Below are positions 1 through 13,800 of a stretch of DNA of 39,223 nt, piece after piece. The number at the start of each line of letters is the position of its first letter. Position 1 is the stretch's first letter. Made by a program: the position numbers and the translations under genes. The notes under the pieces are model-generated. The model was given only the letters and a program-made list of their open reading frames with translations. It ran no database searches and was not told where the DNA came from. Source of the stretch: Nemertoderma westbladi (Eukaryota; Animalia; Xenacoelomorpha); contig JAUCBJ010009054.1 in assembly GCA_032718475.1 (NCBI GenBank), positions 1 to 39,223 of the forward strand, read 5' to 3'.

Positions 1-147
1 TCTATCTTAGCGGAAAATTTAGTACATAAAGTTATACTGTACTTGTAATACTATACCGCGTTTATCTTAGCGGAAGTTTAATACATAAAGTTATACTGTA
101 CTTGTACTACTATACCGCGTCTATCTTAGCGGAAGTTCAGTACATAG
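1..147. repeat. 59-60 bp minisatellite, ~2.5 copies, probably cut by the window edge
   Basis: TCTATCTTAGCGGAA...TACATAAAGTTATACTGTACTTGTA.TACTATACCGCG starts at 1 and 61, with a partial copy at 120. Confidence 0.85.
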
Positions 148-1826
148 AAAATGTAGTACATAAAGTTATACTGCATATAGGCCTACTTACTACATACAGC
201 TATACAGTATATTCAATACGAGCTTACAGTACCGAGCTTACGGGAAGTAAATCAAACACAAATAGTACAGAATAGTGTATCATACTGTATGTTACGAGAC
301 AATAGGGCGAAATGAGAAAATAAATGCAAAGAAACAAATACAAAAAAAAAATAGTGAATGATGAGATGAATGCTCTAAATTGAACTTACTGTATACTTAC
401 CCCACGGTAGGACGCTATGGGACAAAGGACTCTCTCACACAGTTGACTCTGCCGGTAACTTATAAACCCTCACGCAAAAACCGGCTAACTGCAGATTAGG
501 GGGTTTTTTGTGAATATGCAAAATTTATTTAGTTTTTTTTATTTATTTAATACTGTTGGTCCAACTGCTGCAAATCGCGTCGACTCAATCTGCAGCCGTG
601 GTGCTTCCGTATTAAATATTATGTTACTGGGATAACAAAATTTTGACGAAAAAAAAATTCGGAATAATTTTGAAAAAAACAAAACTGAAAAAAAATTTAT
701 GTATAATTAAACTTTAGTTATTTCCAGCCAAAATACCTGCAATGTAATAATCGATAGCTGTAAAATAATAATTAGGGTCTACAGTATTGTACCGGTACCC
801 TTCTGATTCACTCAAAATATTCCTATTTGTTACTGTATGGGACCCCCGCTGCATGCGTCTATCCCCACTGCCTCAATGTGAAAGATAACGCCGGCCACCG
901 AAATGCCACAGCCACTCTAGCAACCGCTAGCGTAGTAACCCGTTACTTTACGTCCGTCGGCTACCACACACTTCTAATCCAACAAAGGCCTTTCCCAGTG
1001 GCACTTGTTTTCCCGAGGAGAAAGGGCAGAAGGGTACAGGGTACATCAATAGCTACGGACAGGATGGCAATTACTTCCCCCTTTGCTTACGCAGGTGGAC
1101 AATAACATCAATATCAAAGAATATAATATGTTGTATATTTAGTATTGATTGAAACAAAGGGTTACGTAATTTGTAATATTGATATACACTTACCAACAAA
1201 TAATTCGTCCGGACGCTACCACCCGTTCCTCCTGAATTGCACTGCACTGTAGGCCTTGCGTCTATGAGAAGATCCGCACACAAATAAATATTACAGCATA
1301 AAACTTAACTTAACTAGATAATACGGCCATATTGGACTACGTAATACTTGAAATAATAAACAATGGAGGGATGTAAATATTATGTCTGACTGTAAGATAC
1401 GTTGTAATTGTAAGATTTTAATAGCACAAGTGTAAATGATAATTTGTAATTTAACTGTCTGAACCTGAACCTGAACCTGATAACAAATAAGAGTAAATTA
1501 CCATCCCTCCAAAACTAATTAAAGCTACCAACAGAGTCAACTGAATAACAAGGAGAGAGTACAAATAAATTGTTGTTACTGCTATTATATAGTATAAGAG
1601 TTGACCTCTATAATTACTTATTACCATTAGGAACTGAGCAACATAATTGGCTGTAATAATAACGGCATTAATAATCTGATGCAGGGCCAATCAGAGGACG
1701 GCTTCTGCTAAATAGGTATGTCGAATAGAGTGTACCGTAATATATTGGCATTGTTACTGAACATAATTGGTGTGTAATGTATAAATATAAATTGGATCTG
1801 AGATTCATAGACGCTCTACCATTACA

Positions 1827-4800
1827 ACTGTGTTACACGAACTGTAGCTGTAACACAGACAACTGTGCACTCCGTTACACTAACGGTAGCAGTAACCCAG
1901 ACTGCCACTGTGTTACACTAACTGTATCAGTAACCCAGACTGACCACCGTGTTACTCTAACTGTATCAGTAACCCAGGCTGACCACTGTGTTACACTAAC
2001 TGTAGCACTAACCCAGACTGACCACTGTGTTACTCCAACTGTATCAGTAACCCAGACTGACAACTGTGTTACACTATCTGTAGCAGTACCCAGACTGTCC
2101 ACTCCGTTACACTAACTGTAGCAGTAACCCAGACTGACCACTGTGTTACTCTAACTGTATCAGTAACCCAGACTGCCCACTGTGTTACACTATCTGAAGC
2201 AGTAACCCAGATTGTCCACTCCGTCACAGTGACTGTAGCAGTAACCCAGACTGACTCACTGTGTTACACTGACTGTAGCAGTAACCCAGACTGACACACA
2301 GTGCAGTGCTACACTAACTGTAGCAGTCTGACCACTGTGTTACACTAACTGTAGAAGTAACCCAGACTGTCCACTGTCTTACACTAACTGTAGCAGTAAC
2401 CCAGTCTGACCACTGTGTTACACGAGCTGTAGCAGTAACCCAGACTGTCCACTCCGTTACACTAACTGTAGCAGTAACCCAGACTGCCCCTGCGTTACAC
2501 TAACTGTAGCAGTAATCCAGACTGACTCACTGTCTTACACTAACTGTAGCAGTAATCCAGACTGACTCACTGTGTTACACTAACTGTAACAGTAACCCAG
2601 ACTGACTGGTGTGTTACACTAACTTTAGCAGTATCCCAGACAGACTCACTGTGTTACACTAACTGTAGCAGTACCCCAGACTGACTAGTGTGTTAGACTA
2701 ATTGTAGCAGTAACCCAGACTGACCACTGTGTTACACTAACTGTTGCAGTAACCCAGACAGATTCACTGTATTACATTAACTGTGGCAGTCTAACCACTG
2801 TGTTACACGAACTGTAGCAGTAACACAGACGACTGTGCACTCCGTTACACTAACTGTAGCAGTAACCCAGACTGCCACTGTGTTACGCTAACTGTGGCAG
2901 TAACCAGACTGTCCACTGTTTTACACTATCTGTAACAGTAACCCAGACTGACCACTGTGTTACACTAACTATAGCAGTAATCCAGACTGACCACTGTCTT
3001 ACACTAACTGTAGCAGTAACCCAGACTGACCACTGTGTTACACTAACTGTAGCAGTAACCCAGACTGGCCACTGTGTTAAACTAACTGTGCCAGTAACCC
3101 AGACTGACCACTGTGTTAAACTAACTGTGCCAGTAACCCAGACTGACCACTGTGTTACTCTAACTGTAGCAGTAACCCAGACTGACCACTGTGTTACACT
3201 AACTGTAGCAGTAACCCAGACTGTCTACTCCGTTACACTGACTGTAGCAGTAACCCAGACTGTCTACTCCGTTACACTGACTGTAGCAGTAACCCAGACT
3301 GACCACTGTGTTACACTAACTGTAGCAGTAACCCAGACTGACCAGTGTTACACTAACTGTAGCAGTAACCCAGACTGTCCACTGTGAATCACTAACTGTA
3401 GCAGTAACCCAGACTGACCATTGTGTTACACTAACTGTAGCAGTAACCCAGACTGAGCACTGCGTTACACTAACTGTAGCAGTAACCCAGACTGTCCACT
3501 GTGTCACTAACAGTAGCAGTAACCCAGACTGTCCACTGTGTATCACTAACTGTAGCAGTAACCCAGACTGACCACTGTGTTACACTAACTGTAGCAGTAA
3601 CCCAGACTGTCCACTGTGTATCACTAACTGTAGCAGTAACCCAGACTGACCACTGTGTTACACTAACTGTAGCAGTAACCCAGACTGTCTACTCCGTTAC
3701 ACTGACTGTAGTAGTAACCCAGACTGACCACTGTGTTACACTAACTGTAGCAGTAACGCAGAATGACCAGTGTTACACTAACTGTAGCAGTAACCCAGAC
3801 TGTCCACTGTGTATCACTAACTGTAGCAGTAACCCAGACTGACCACTGTGTTACACTAACTGTAGCAGTAACCCAGACTGTCTACTCCGTTACACTGACT
3901 GTAGCAGTAACCCAGACTGACCACTGTGTTACACTAACTGTAGCAGTAACCCAGACTGACCAGTGTTACACTAACTGTAGCAGTAACCCAGACTGTCCAC
4001 TGTGTATCACTAACTGTAGCAGTAACCCAGACTGACCATTGTGTTACACTAACTGTAGCAGTAACCCAGACTGACCATTGTGTTACACTAACTGTAGCAG
4101 TAATCCAGACTGAGCACTGCGTTACACTAACTGTAGCAGTAAACCAGACTGAACACTGTTTTACACCAACTGTAGCAGAAACCCAGACAGACTCACTGTG
4201 TTACACTGATAGTAGCAGTAACCCAGACTGACACACAGTGTTACACTAACTGTATCAGTAACCCAGACTGACCACTGTGTAACACTAACTGTAGCAGTAA
4301 CCCAGACAGATTCACTGTATTACATTAACTGTGGCAGTCTAACCACTGTGTTACACGAACTGTAGCTGTAACACAGACAACTGTGCACTCCGTTACACTA
4401 ACGGTAGCAGTAACCCAGACTGCCACTGTGTTACACTAACTGTATCAGTAACCCAGACTGACCACCGTGTTACTCTAACTGTATCAGTAACCCAGGCTGA
4501 CCACTGTGTTACACTAACTGTAGCACTAACCCAGACTGACCACTGTGTTACTCCAACTGTATCAGTAACCCAGACTGACAACTGTGTTACACTATCTGTA
4601 GCAGTACCCAGACTGTCCACTCCGTTACACTAACTGTAGCAGTAACCCAGACTGACCACTGTGTTACTCTAACTGTATCAGTAACCCAGACTGCCCACTG
4701 TGTTACACTATCTGAAGCAGTAACCCAGATTGTCCACTCCGTCACAGTGACTGTAGCAGTAACCCAGACTGACTCACTGTGTTACACTGACTGTATCAGT

Positions 4801-7800
4801 AACCCAGACTGACACACAGTGCAGTGCTACACTAACTGTAGCAGTCTGACCACTGTGTTACACTAACTGTAGAAGTAACCCAGACTGTCCACTGTCTTAC
4901 ACTAACTGTAGCAGTAACCCAGTCTGACCACTGTGTTACACGAGCTGTAGCAGTAACCCAGACTGTCCACTCCGTTACACTAACTGTAGCAGTAACCCAG
5001 ACTGCCCCTGCGTTACACTAACTGTAGCAGTAATCCAGACTGACTCACTGTCTTACACTAACTGTAGCAGTAATCCAGACTGACTCACTGTGTTACACTA
5101 ACTGTAACAGTAACCCAGACTGACTGGTGTGTTACACTAACTTTAGCAGTATCCCAGACAGACTCACTGTGTTACACTAACTGTAGCAGTACCCCAGACT
5201 GACTAGTGTGTTAGACTAATTGTAGCAGTAACCCAGACTGACCACTGTGTTACACTAACTGTTGCAGTAACCCAGACAGATTCACTGTATTACATTAACT
5301 GTGGCAGTCTAACCACTGTGTTACACGAACTGTAGCAGTAACACAGACGACTGTGCACTCCGTTACACTAACTGTAGCAGTAACCCAGACTGCCACTGTG
5401 TTACGCTAACTGTGGCAGTAACCAGACTGTCCACTGTTTTACACTAACTGTAGCAGTAACCCAGACTGACCATTGTGTTACACTAACTGTAGCAGTAACC
5501 CAGACTGAGCACTGCGTTACACTAACTGTAGCAGTAACCCAGACTGTCCACTGTGTCACTAACAGTAGCAGTAACCCAGACTGTCCACTGTGTATCACTA
5601 ACTGTAGCAGTAACCCAGACTGACCACTGTGTTACACTAACTGTAGCAGTAACCCAGACTGTCCACTGTGTATCACTAACTGTAGCAGTAACCCAGACTG
5701 ACCACTGTGTTACACTAACTGTAGCAGTAACCCAGACTGTCTACTCCGTTACACTGACTGTAGCAGTAACCCAGACTGACCACTGTGTTACACTAACTGT
5801 AGCAGTAACGCAGACTGACCAGTGTTACACTAACTGTAGCAGTAACCCAGACTGTCCACTGTGTATCACTAACTGTAGCAGTAACCCAGACTGACCACTG
5901 TGTTACACTAACTGTAGCAGTAACCCAGACTGTCTACTCCGTTACACTGACTGTAGCAGTAACCCAGACTGACCACTGTGTTACACTAACTGTAGCAGTA
6001 ACCCAGACTGACCAGTGTTACACTAACTGTAGCAGTAACCCAGACTGTCCACTGTGTATCACTAACTGTAGCAGTAACCCAGACTGACCATTGTGTTACA
6101 CTAACTGTAGCAGTAACCCAGACTGAGCACTGCGTTACACTAACTGTAGCAGTAACCCAGACTGTCCACTGTGTCACTAACAGTAGCAGTAACCCAGACT
6201 GTCCACTGTGTATCACTAACTGTAGCAGTAACCCAGACTGACCACTGTGTTACACTAACTGTAGCAGTAACCCAGACTGTCCACTGTGTATCACTAACTG
6301 TAGCAGTAACCCAGACTGACCACTGTGTTACACTAACTGTAGCAGTAACCCAGACTGTCTACTCCGTTACACTGACTGTAGCAGTAACCCAGACTGAGCA
6401 CTGTGTTACACTAACTGTATCAGTAACCCAGACTGACCACTGTGTTACACTAACTGTAGCAGTAACCCAGACTGACCACTGTGTTACCCTAACTGTAGCA
6501 GTAACCCAGACTGTCTACTCCGTTACACTGACTGTAGCAGTAACCCAGACTGAGCACTGTGTTACACTAACTGTATCAGTAACCCAGACTGACCACTGTG
6601 TTACACTAACTGTAGCAGTAACCCAGACTGTCTACTCCGTTACACTGACTGTAGCAGTAACCCAGACTGACCACTGTGTTACACTAACTGTAGCGGTAAC
6701 CCAGACTGTCTACTCCGTTACACTGACTGTAGCAGTAACCCAGACTGTCTACTCCGTTACACTGACTGTAGCAGTAACCCAGACTGACCACTGTGTTACA
6801 CTAACTGTAGCAGTAACCCAGACTGACCACTGTGTTACACTAACTGTAGCAGTAACCCAGACCTACCACTGTGTTAAACTAACTGTGCCAGTAACCCAGA
6901 CTGACCACTGTGTTACTCTAACTGTAGCAGTAACCCAGACTGACCACTGTGTTACACTAACTGTAGCAGTAACCCAGACTGTCTACTCCGTTACACTGAC
7001 TGTAGCAGTAACCCAGACTGTCTACTCCGTTACACTGACTGTAGCAGTAACCCAGACTGACCACTGTGTTACACTAACTGTAGCAGTAACCCAGACTGGC
7101 CACTGTGTTAAACTAACTGTGCCAGTAACCCAGACTGACCACTGTGTTAAACTAACTGTGCCAGTAACCCAGACTGACCACTGTGTTACTCTAACTGTAG
7201 CAGTAACCCAGACTGACCACTGTGTTACACTAACTGTAGCAGTAACCCAGACTGTCTACTCCGTTACACTGACTGTAGCAGTAACCCAGACTGACCACTG
7301 TGTTACACTAACTGTAGCAGTAACCCAGACTGACCAGTGTTACACTAACTGTAGCAGTAACCCAGACTGTCCACTGTGTATCACTAACTGTAGCAGTAAC
7401 CCAGACTGACCATTGTGTTACACTAACTGTAGCAGTAACCCAGACCGAGCACTGCGTTACACTAACTGTAGCAGTAACCCAGACTGTCCACTGTGTCACT
7501 AACAGTAGCAGTAACCCAGACTGTCCACTGTGAATCACTAACTGTAGCAGTAACCCAGACTGACCATTGTGTTACACTAACTGTAGCAGTAACCCAGACT
7601 GAGCACTGCGTTACACTAACTGTAGCAGTAACCCAGACTGTCCACTGTGTCACTAACAGTAGCAGTAACCCAGACTGTCCACTGTGTATCACTAACTGTA
7701 GCAGTAACCCAGACTGACCACTGTGTTACACTAACTGTAGCAGTAACCCAGACTGTCCACTGTGTATCACTAACTGTAGCAGTAACCCAGACTGACCACT

Positions 7801-10800
7801 GTGTTACACTAACTGTAGCAGTAACCCAGACTGTCTACTCCGTTACACTGACTGTAGCAGTAACCCAGACTGACCACTGTGTTACACTAACTGTAGCAGT
7901 AACGCAGACTGACCAGTGTTACACTAACTGTAGCAGTAACCCAGACTGTCCACTGTGTATCACTAACTGTAGCAGTAACCCAGACTGACCACTGTGTTAC
8001 ACTAACTGTAGCAGTAACCCAGACTGTCTACTCCGTTACACTGACTGTAGCAGTAACCCAGACTGACCACTGTGTTACACTAACTGTAGCAGTAACCCAG
8101 ACTGACCAGTGTTACACTAACTGTAGCAGTAACCCAGACTGTCCACTGTGTATCACTAACTGTAGCAGTAACCCAGACTGACCATTGTGTTACACTAACT
8201 GTAGCAGTAACCCAGACTGAGCACTGCGTTACACTAACTGTAGCAGTAACCCAGACTGTCCACTGTGTCACTAACAGTAGCAGTAACCCAGACTGTCCAC
8301 TGTGTATCACTAACTGTAGCAGTAACCCAGACTGACCACTGTGTTACACTAACTGTAGCAGTAACGCAGACTGACCAGTGTTACACTAACTGTAGCAGTA
8401 ACCCAGACTGTCCACTGTGTATCACTAACTGTAGCAGTAACCCAGACTGACCACTGTGTTACACTAACTGTAGCAGTAACCCAGACTGTCTACTCCGTTA
8501 CACTGACTGTAGCAGTAACCCAGACTGACCACTGTGTTACACTAACTGTAGCAGTAACGCAGACTGACCAGTGTTACACTAACTGTAGCAGTAACCCAGA
8601 CTGTCCACTGTGTATCACTAACTGTAGCAGTAACCCAGACTGACCACTGTGTTACACTAACTGTAGCAGTAACCCAGACTGTCTACTCCGTTACACTGAC
8701 TGTAGCAGTAACCCAGACTGACCACTGTGTTACACTAACTGTAGCAGTAACCCAGACTGACCAGTGTTACACTAACTGTAGCAGTAACCCAGACTGTCCA
8801 CTGTGTATCACTAACTGTAGCAGTAACCCAGACTGACCATTGTGTTACACTAACTGTAGCAGTAACCCAGACTGAGCACTGCGTTACACTAACTGTAGCA
8901 GTAACCCAGACTGTCCACTGTGTCACTAACAGTAGCAGTAACCCAGACTGTCCACTGTGTATCACTAACTGTAGCAGTAACCCAGACTGACCACTGTGTT
9001 ACACTAACTGTAGCAGTAACCCAGACTGTCCACTGTGTATCAGTAACTGTAGCAGTAACCCAGACTGACCACTGTGTTACACTAACTGTAGCAGTAACCC
9101 AGACTGTCTACTCCGTTACACTGACTGTAGCAGTAACCCAGACTGAGCACTGTGTTACACTAACTGTATCAGTAACCCAGACTGACCACTGTGTTACACT
9201 AACTGTAGCAGTAACCCAGACTGACCACTGTGTTACCCTAACTGTAGCAGTAACCCAGACTGTCTACTCCGTTACACTGACTGTAGCAGTAACCCAGACT
9301 GAGCACTGTGTTACACTAACTGTATCAGTAACCCAGACTGACCACTGTGTTACACTAACTGTAGCAGTAACCCAGAATGTCTACTCCGTTACACTGACTG
9401 TAGCAGTAACCCAGACTGACCACTGTGTTACACTAACTGTAGCGGTAACCCAGACTGTCTACTCCGTTACACTGACTGTAGCAGTAACCCAGACTGTCTA
9501 CTCCGTTACACTGACTGTAGCAGTAACCCAGACTGACCACTGTGTTACACTAACTGTAGCAGTAACCCAGACTGACCACTGTGTTACACTAACTGTAGCA
9601 GTAACCCAGACCTACCACTGTGTTAAACTAACTGTGCCAGTAACCCAGACTGACCACTGTGTTACTCTAACTGTAGCAGTAACCCAGACTGACCACTGTG
9701 TTACACTAACTGTAGCAGTAACCCAGACTGTCTACTCCGTTACACTGACTGTAGCAGTAACCCAGACTGTCTACTCCGTTACACTGACTGTAGCAGTAAC
9801 CCAGACTGACCACTGTGTTACACTAACTGTAGCAGTAACCCAGACTGGCCACTGTGTTAAACTAACTGTGCCAGTAACCCAGACTGACCACTGTGTTAAA
9901 CTAACTGTGCCAGTAACCCAGACTGACCACTGTGTTACTCTAACTGTAGCAGTAACCCAGACTGACCACTGTGTTACACTAACTGTAGCAGTAACCCAGA
10001 CTGACCAGTGTTACACTAACTGTAGCAGTAACCCAGACTGTCCACTGTGTATCACTAACTGTAGCAGTAACACAGACTGACCATTGTGTTACACTAACTG
10101 TAGCAGTAACCCAGACTGAGCACTGCGTTACACTAACTGTAGCAGTAACCCAGACTGTCCACTGTGTCACTAACAGTAGCAGTAACCCAGACTGTCCACT
10201 GTGAATCACTAACTGTAGCAGTAACCCAGACTGACCATTGTGTTACACTAACTGTAGCAGTAACCCAGACTGAGCACTGCGTTACACTAACTGTAGCAGT
10301 AACCCAGACTGTCCACTGTGTCACTAACAGTAGCAGTAACCCAGACTGTCCACTGTGTATCACTAACTGTAGCAGTAACCCAGACTGACCACTGTGTTAC
10401 ACTAACTGTAGCAGTAACCCAGACTGTCCACTGTGTATCACTAACTGTAGCAGTAACCCAGACTGACCACTGTGTTACACTAACTGTAGCAGTAACCCAG
10501 ACTGTCTACTCCGTTACACTGACTGTAGCAGTAACCCAGACTGACCACTGTGTTACACTAACTGTAGCAGTAACGCAGACTGACCAGTGTTACACTAACT
10601 GTAGCAGTAACCCAGACTGTCCACTGTGTATCACTAACTGTAGCAGTAACCCAGACTGACCACTGTGTTTCACTAACTGTAGCAGTAACCCAGACTGTCT
10701 ACTCCGTTACACTGACTGTAGCAGTAACCCAGACTGACCACTGTGTTACACTAACTGTAGCAGTAACCCAGACTGACCAGTGTTACACTAACTGTAGCAG

Positions 10801-13800
10801 TAACCCAGACTGTCCACTGTGTATCACTAACTGTAGCAGTAACCCAGACTGACCATTGTGTTACACTAACTGTAGCAGTAACCCAGACTGAGCACTGCGT
10901 TACACTAACTGTAGCAGTAACCCAGACTGTCCACTGTGTCACTAACAGTAGCAGTAACCCAGACTGTCCACTGTGTATCATTAACTGTAGCAGTAACCCA
11001 GACTGACCACTGTGTTACACTAACTGTAGCAGTAACCCAGACTGTCCACTGTGTATCACTAACTGTAGCAGTAACCCAGACTGACCACTGTGTTACACTA
11101 ACTGTAGCAGTAACCCAGACTGTCTACTCCGTTACACAGACTGTAGCAGTAACCCAGACTGAGCACTGTGTTACACTAACTGTATCAGTAACCCAGACTG
11201 ACCACTGTGTTACACTAACTGTAGCAGTAACCCAGACTGACCACTGTGTTACCCTAACTGTAGCAGTAACCCAGACTGTCTACTCCGTTACACTGACTGT
11301 AGCAGTAACCCAGACTGAGCACTGTGTTACACTAACTGTATCAGTAACCCAGACTGACCACTGTGTTACACTAACTGTAGCAGTAACCCAGACTGTCTAC
11401 TCCGTTACACTGACTGTAGCAGTAACCCAGACTGACCACTGTGTTACACTAACTGTAGCGGTAACCCAGACTGTCTACTCCGTTACACTGACTGTAGCAG
11501 TAACCCAGACTGTCTACTCCGTTACACTGACTGTAGCAGTAACCCAGACTGACCACTGTGTTACACTAACTGTAGCAGTAACCCAGACTGACCACTGTGT
11601 TACACTAACTGTAGCAGTAACCCAGACCTACCACTGTGTTAAACTAACTGTGCCAGTAACCCAGACTGACCACTGTGTTACTCTAACTGTAGCAGTAACC
11701 CAGACTGACCACTGTGTTACACTAACTGTAGCAGTAACCCAGACTGTCTACTCCGTTACACTGACTGTAGCAGTAACCCAGACTGTCTACTCCGTTACAC
11801 TGACTGTAGCAGTAACCCAGACTGACCACTGTGTTACACTAACTGTAGCAGTAACCCAGACTGGCCACTGTGTTAAACTAACTGTGCCAGTAACCCAGAC
11901 TGACCACTGTGTTAAACTAACTGTGCCAGTAACCCAGACTGACCACTGTGTAACTCTAACTGTAGCAGTAACCCAGACTGACCACTGTGTTACACTAACT
12001 GTAGCAGTAACCCAGACTGTCTACTCCGTTACACTGACTGTAGCAGTAACCCAGACTGACCACTGTGTTACACTAACTGTAGCAGTAACCCAGACTGACC
12101 AGTGTTACACTAACTGTAGCAGTAACCCAGACTGTCCACTGTGTATCACTAACTGTAGCAGTAACCCAGACTGACCATTGTGTTACACTAACTGTAGCAG
12201 TAACCCAGACTGAGCACTGCGTTACACTAACTGTAGCAGTAACCCAGACTGTCCACTGTGTCACTAACAGTAGCAGTAACCCAGACTGTCCACTGTGTAT
12301 CACTAACTGTAGCAGTAACCCAGACTGACCACTGTGTTACACTAACTGTAGCAGTAACCCAGACTGTCCACTGTGTATCACTAACTGTAGCAGTAACCCA
12401 GACTGACCACTGTGTTACACTAACTGTAGCAGTAACCCAGACTGTCTACTCCGTTACACTGACTGTAGCAGTAACCCAGACTGACCACTGTGTTACACTA
12501 ACTGTAGCAGTAACCCAGACTGACCAGTGTTACACTAACTGTAGCAGTAACCCAGACTATCCACTGTGTATCACTAACTGTAGCAGTAACCCAGACTGAC
12601 CACTGTGTTACACTAACTGTAGCAGTAACCCAGACTGTCTACTCCGTTACACTGACTGTAGCAGTAACCCAGACTGACCACTGTGTTACACTAACTGTAG
12701 CAGTAACCCAGACTGACCAGTGTTACACTAACTGTAGCAGTAACCCAGACTGTCCACGTGTATCACTAACTGTAGCAGTAACCAGACTGACCATTGTGTT
12801 ACACTAACTGTAGCAGTAACCCAGACGGAGCACTGCGTTACACTAACTGTAGCAGTAACCCAGACTGTCCACTGTGTCACTAACAGTAGCAGTAACCCAG
12901 ACTGTCCACTGTGTATCACTAACTGTAGCAGTAACCCAGACTGACCACTGTGTTACACTAACTGTAGCAGTAACCCAGACTGTCCACTGTGTATCACTAA
13001 CTGTAGCAGTAACCCAGACTGACTACTGTGTTACACTAACTGTAGCAGTAACCCAGACTGTCTACTCCGTTACACTGACTGTAGCAGTAACCCAGACTGA
13101 GCACTGTGTTACACTAACTGTATCAGTAACCCAGACTGACCACTGTGTTACACTAACTGTAGCAGTAACCCAGACTGTCTACTCCGTTACACTGACTGTA
13201 GCAGTAACCCAGACTGACCATTGTATTACACTAACTGTAGCAGTAACCCAGACTGAGCACTGCGTTACACTAACTGTAGCAGTAACCCAGACTGTCCACT
13301 GTGTCACTAACAGTTGCAGTAACCCAGACTGACCAGTGTTACACTAACTGTAGCAGTAACCCAGAATGCCCACTGTGTTAGACTAACTATCAGTAACCCA
13401 GACTGAACACTGCGTTACACTAACCATAGCAGTAACTCAGACTGGCCAGTGTGCTAAACTAACTGTAGCAGTAACCCAGACTGTCCACTCCGTTACACTG
13501 ACTGTAGCAGTAACCCAGACTGACCATTGTGTTACAATAACTGTAGCAGTATCCCAGACTGACCATTGTGTTACACTAACTGAAACAGTAATCCAGACTG
13601 GCCAGTGTGTTAAACTAACTGTGCCAGTAACCCAGACTGACCATTGTGTTACACTAACTGTAGCAGTAACCCAGACTGAGCACTGCGTTACACTAACTGT
13701 AGCAGTAACCCAGACTGACCATTGTGTTACGCTAACTGTAGCAGTAACCTAGACCGAGCACTGCGTTACACTAACTGTAGCAGTAAACCAGACTGACCAG

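Noticed and set aside
391-460. Possible minus-strand exon ending in a GG|GTAAGT donor near position 400
   Set aside because: A single motif with no supported ORF or partner exon inside the window.
827-1283. GC-richer segment with 92-aa (+) and 70-aa (-) ORFs
   Set aside because: Non-ATG starts, no recognisable domain and no convincing splice-site pair; it may be a repeat fragment or UTR.
6171-12174. Long ORFs (412, 386, 412 aa) of TQTDHCVTLTVAV repeats that look like a beta-solenoid or antifreeze protein
   Set aside because: A 39-bp unit with one stop-free frame gives such ORFs automatically. Starts are GTG, 37/38/40-bp monomers break the frame often, and there is no unique N- or C-terminal domain or signal peptide.
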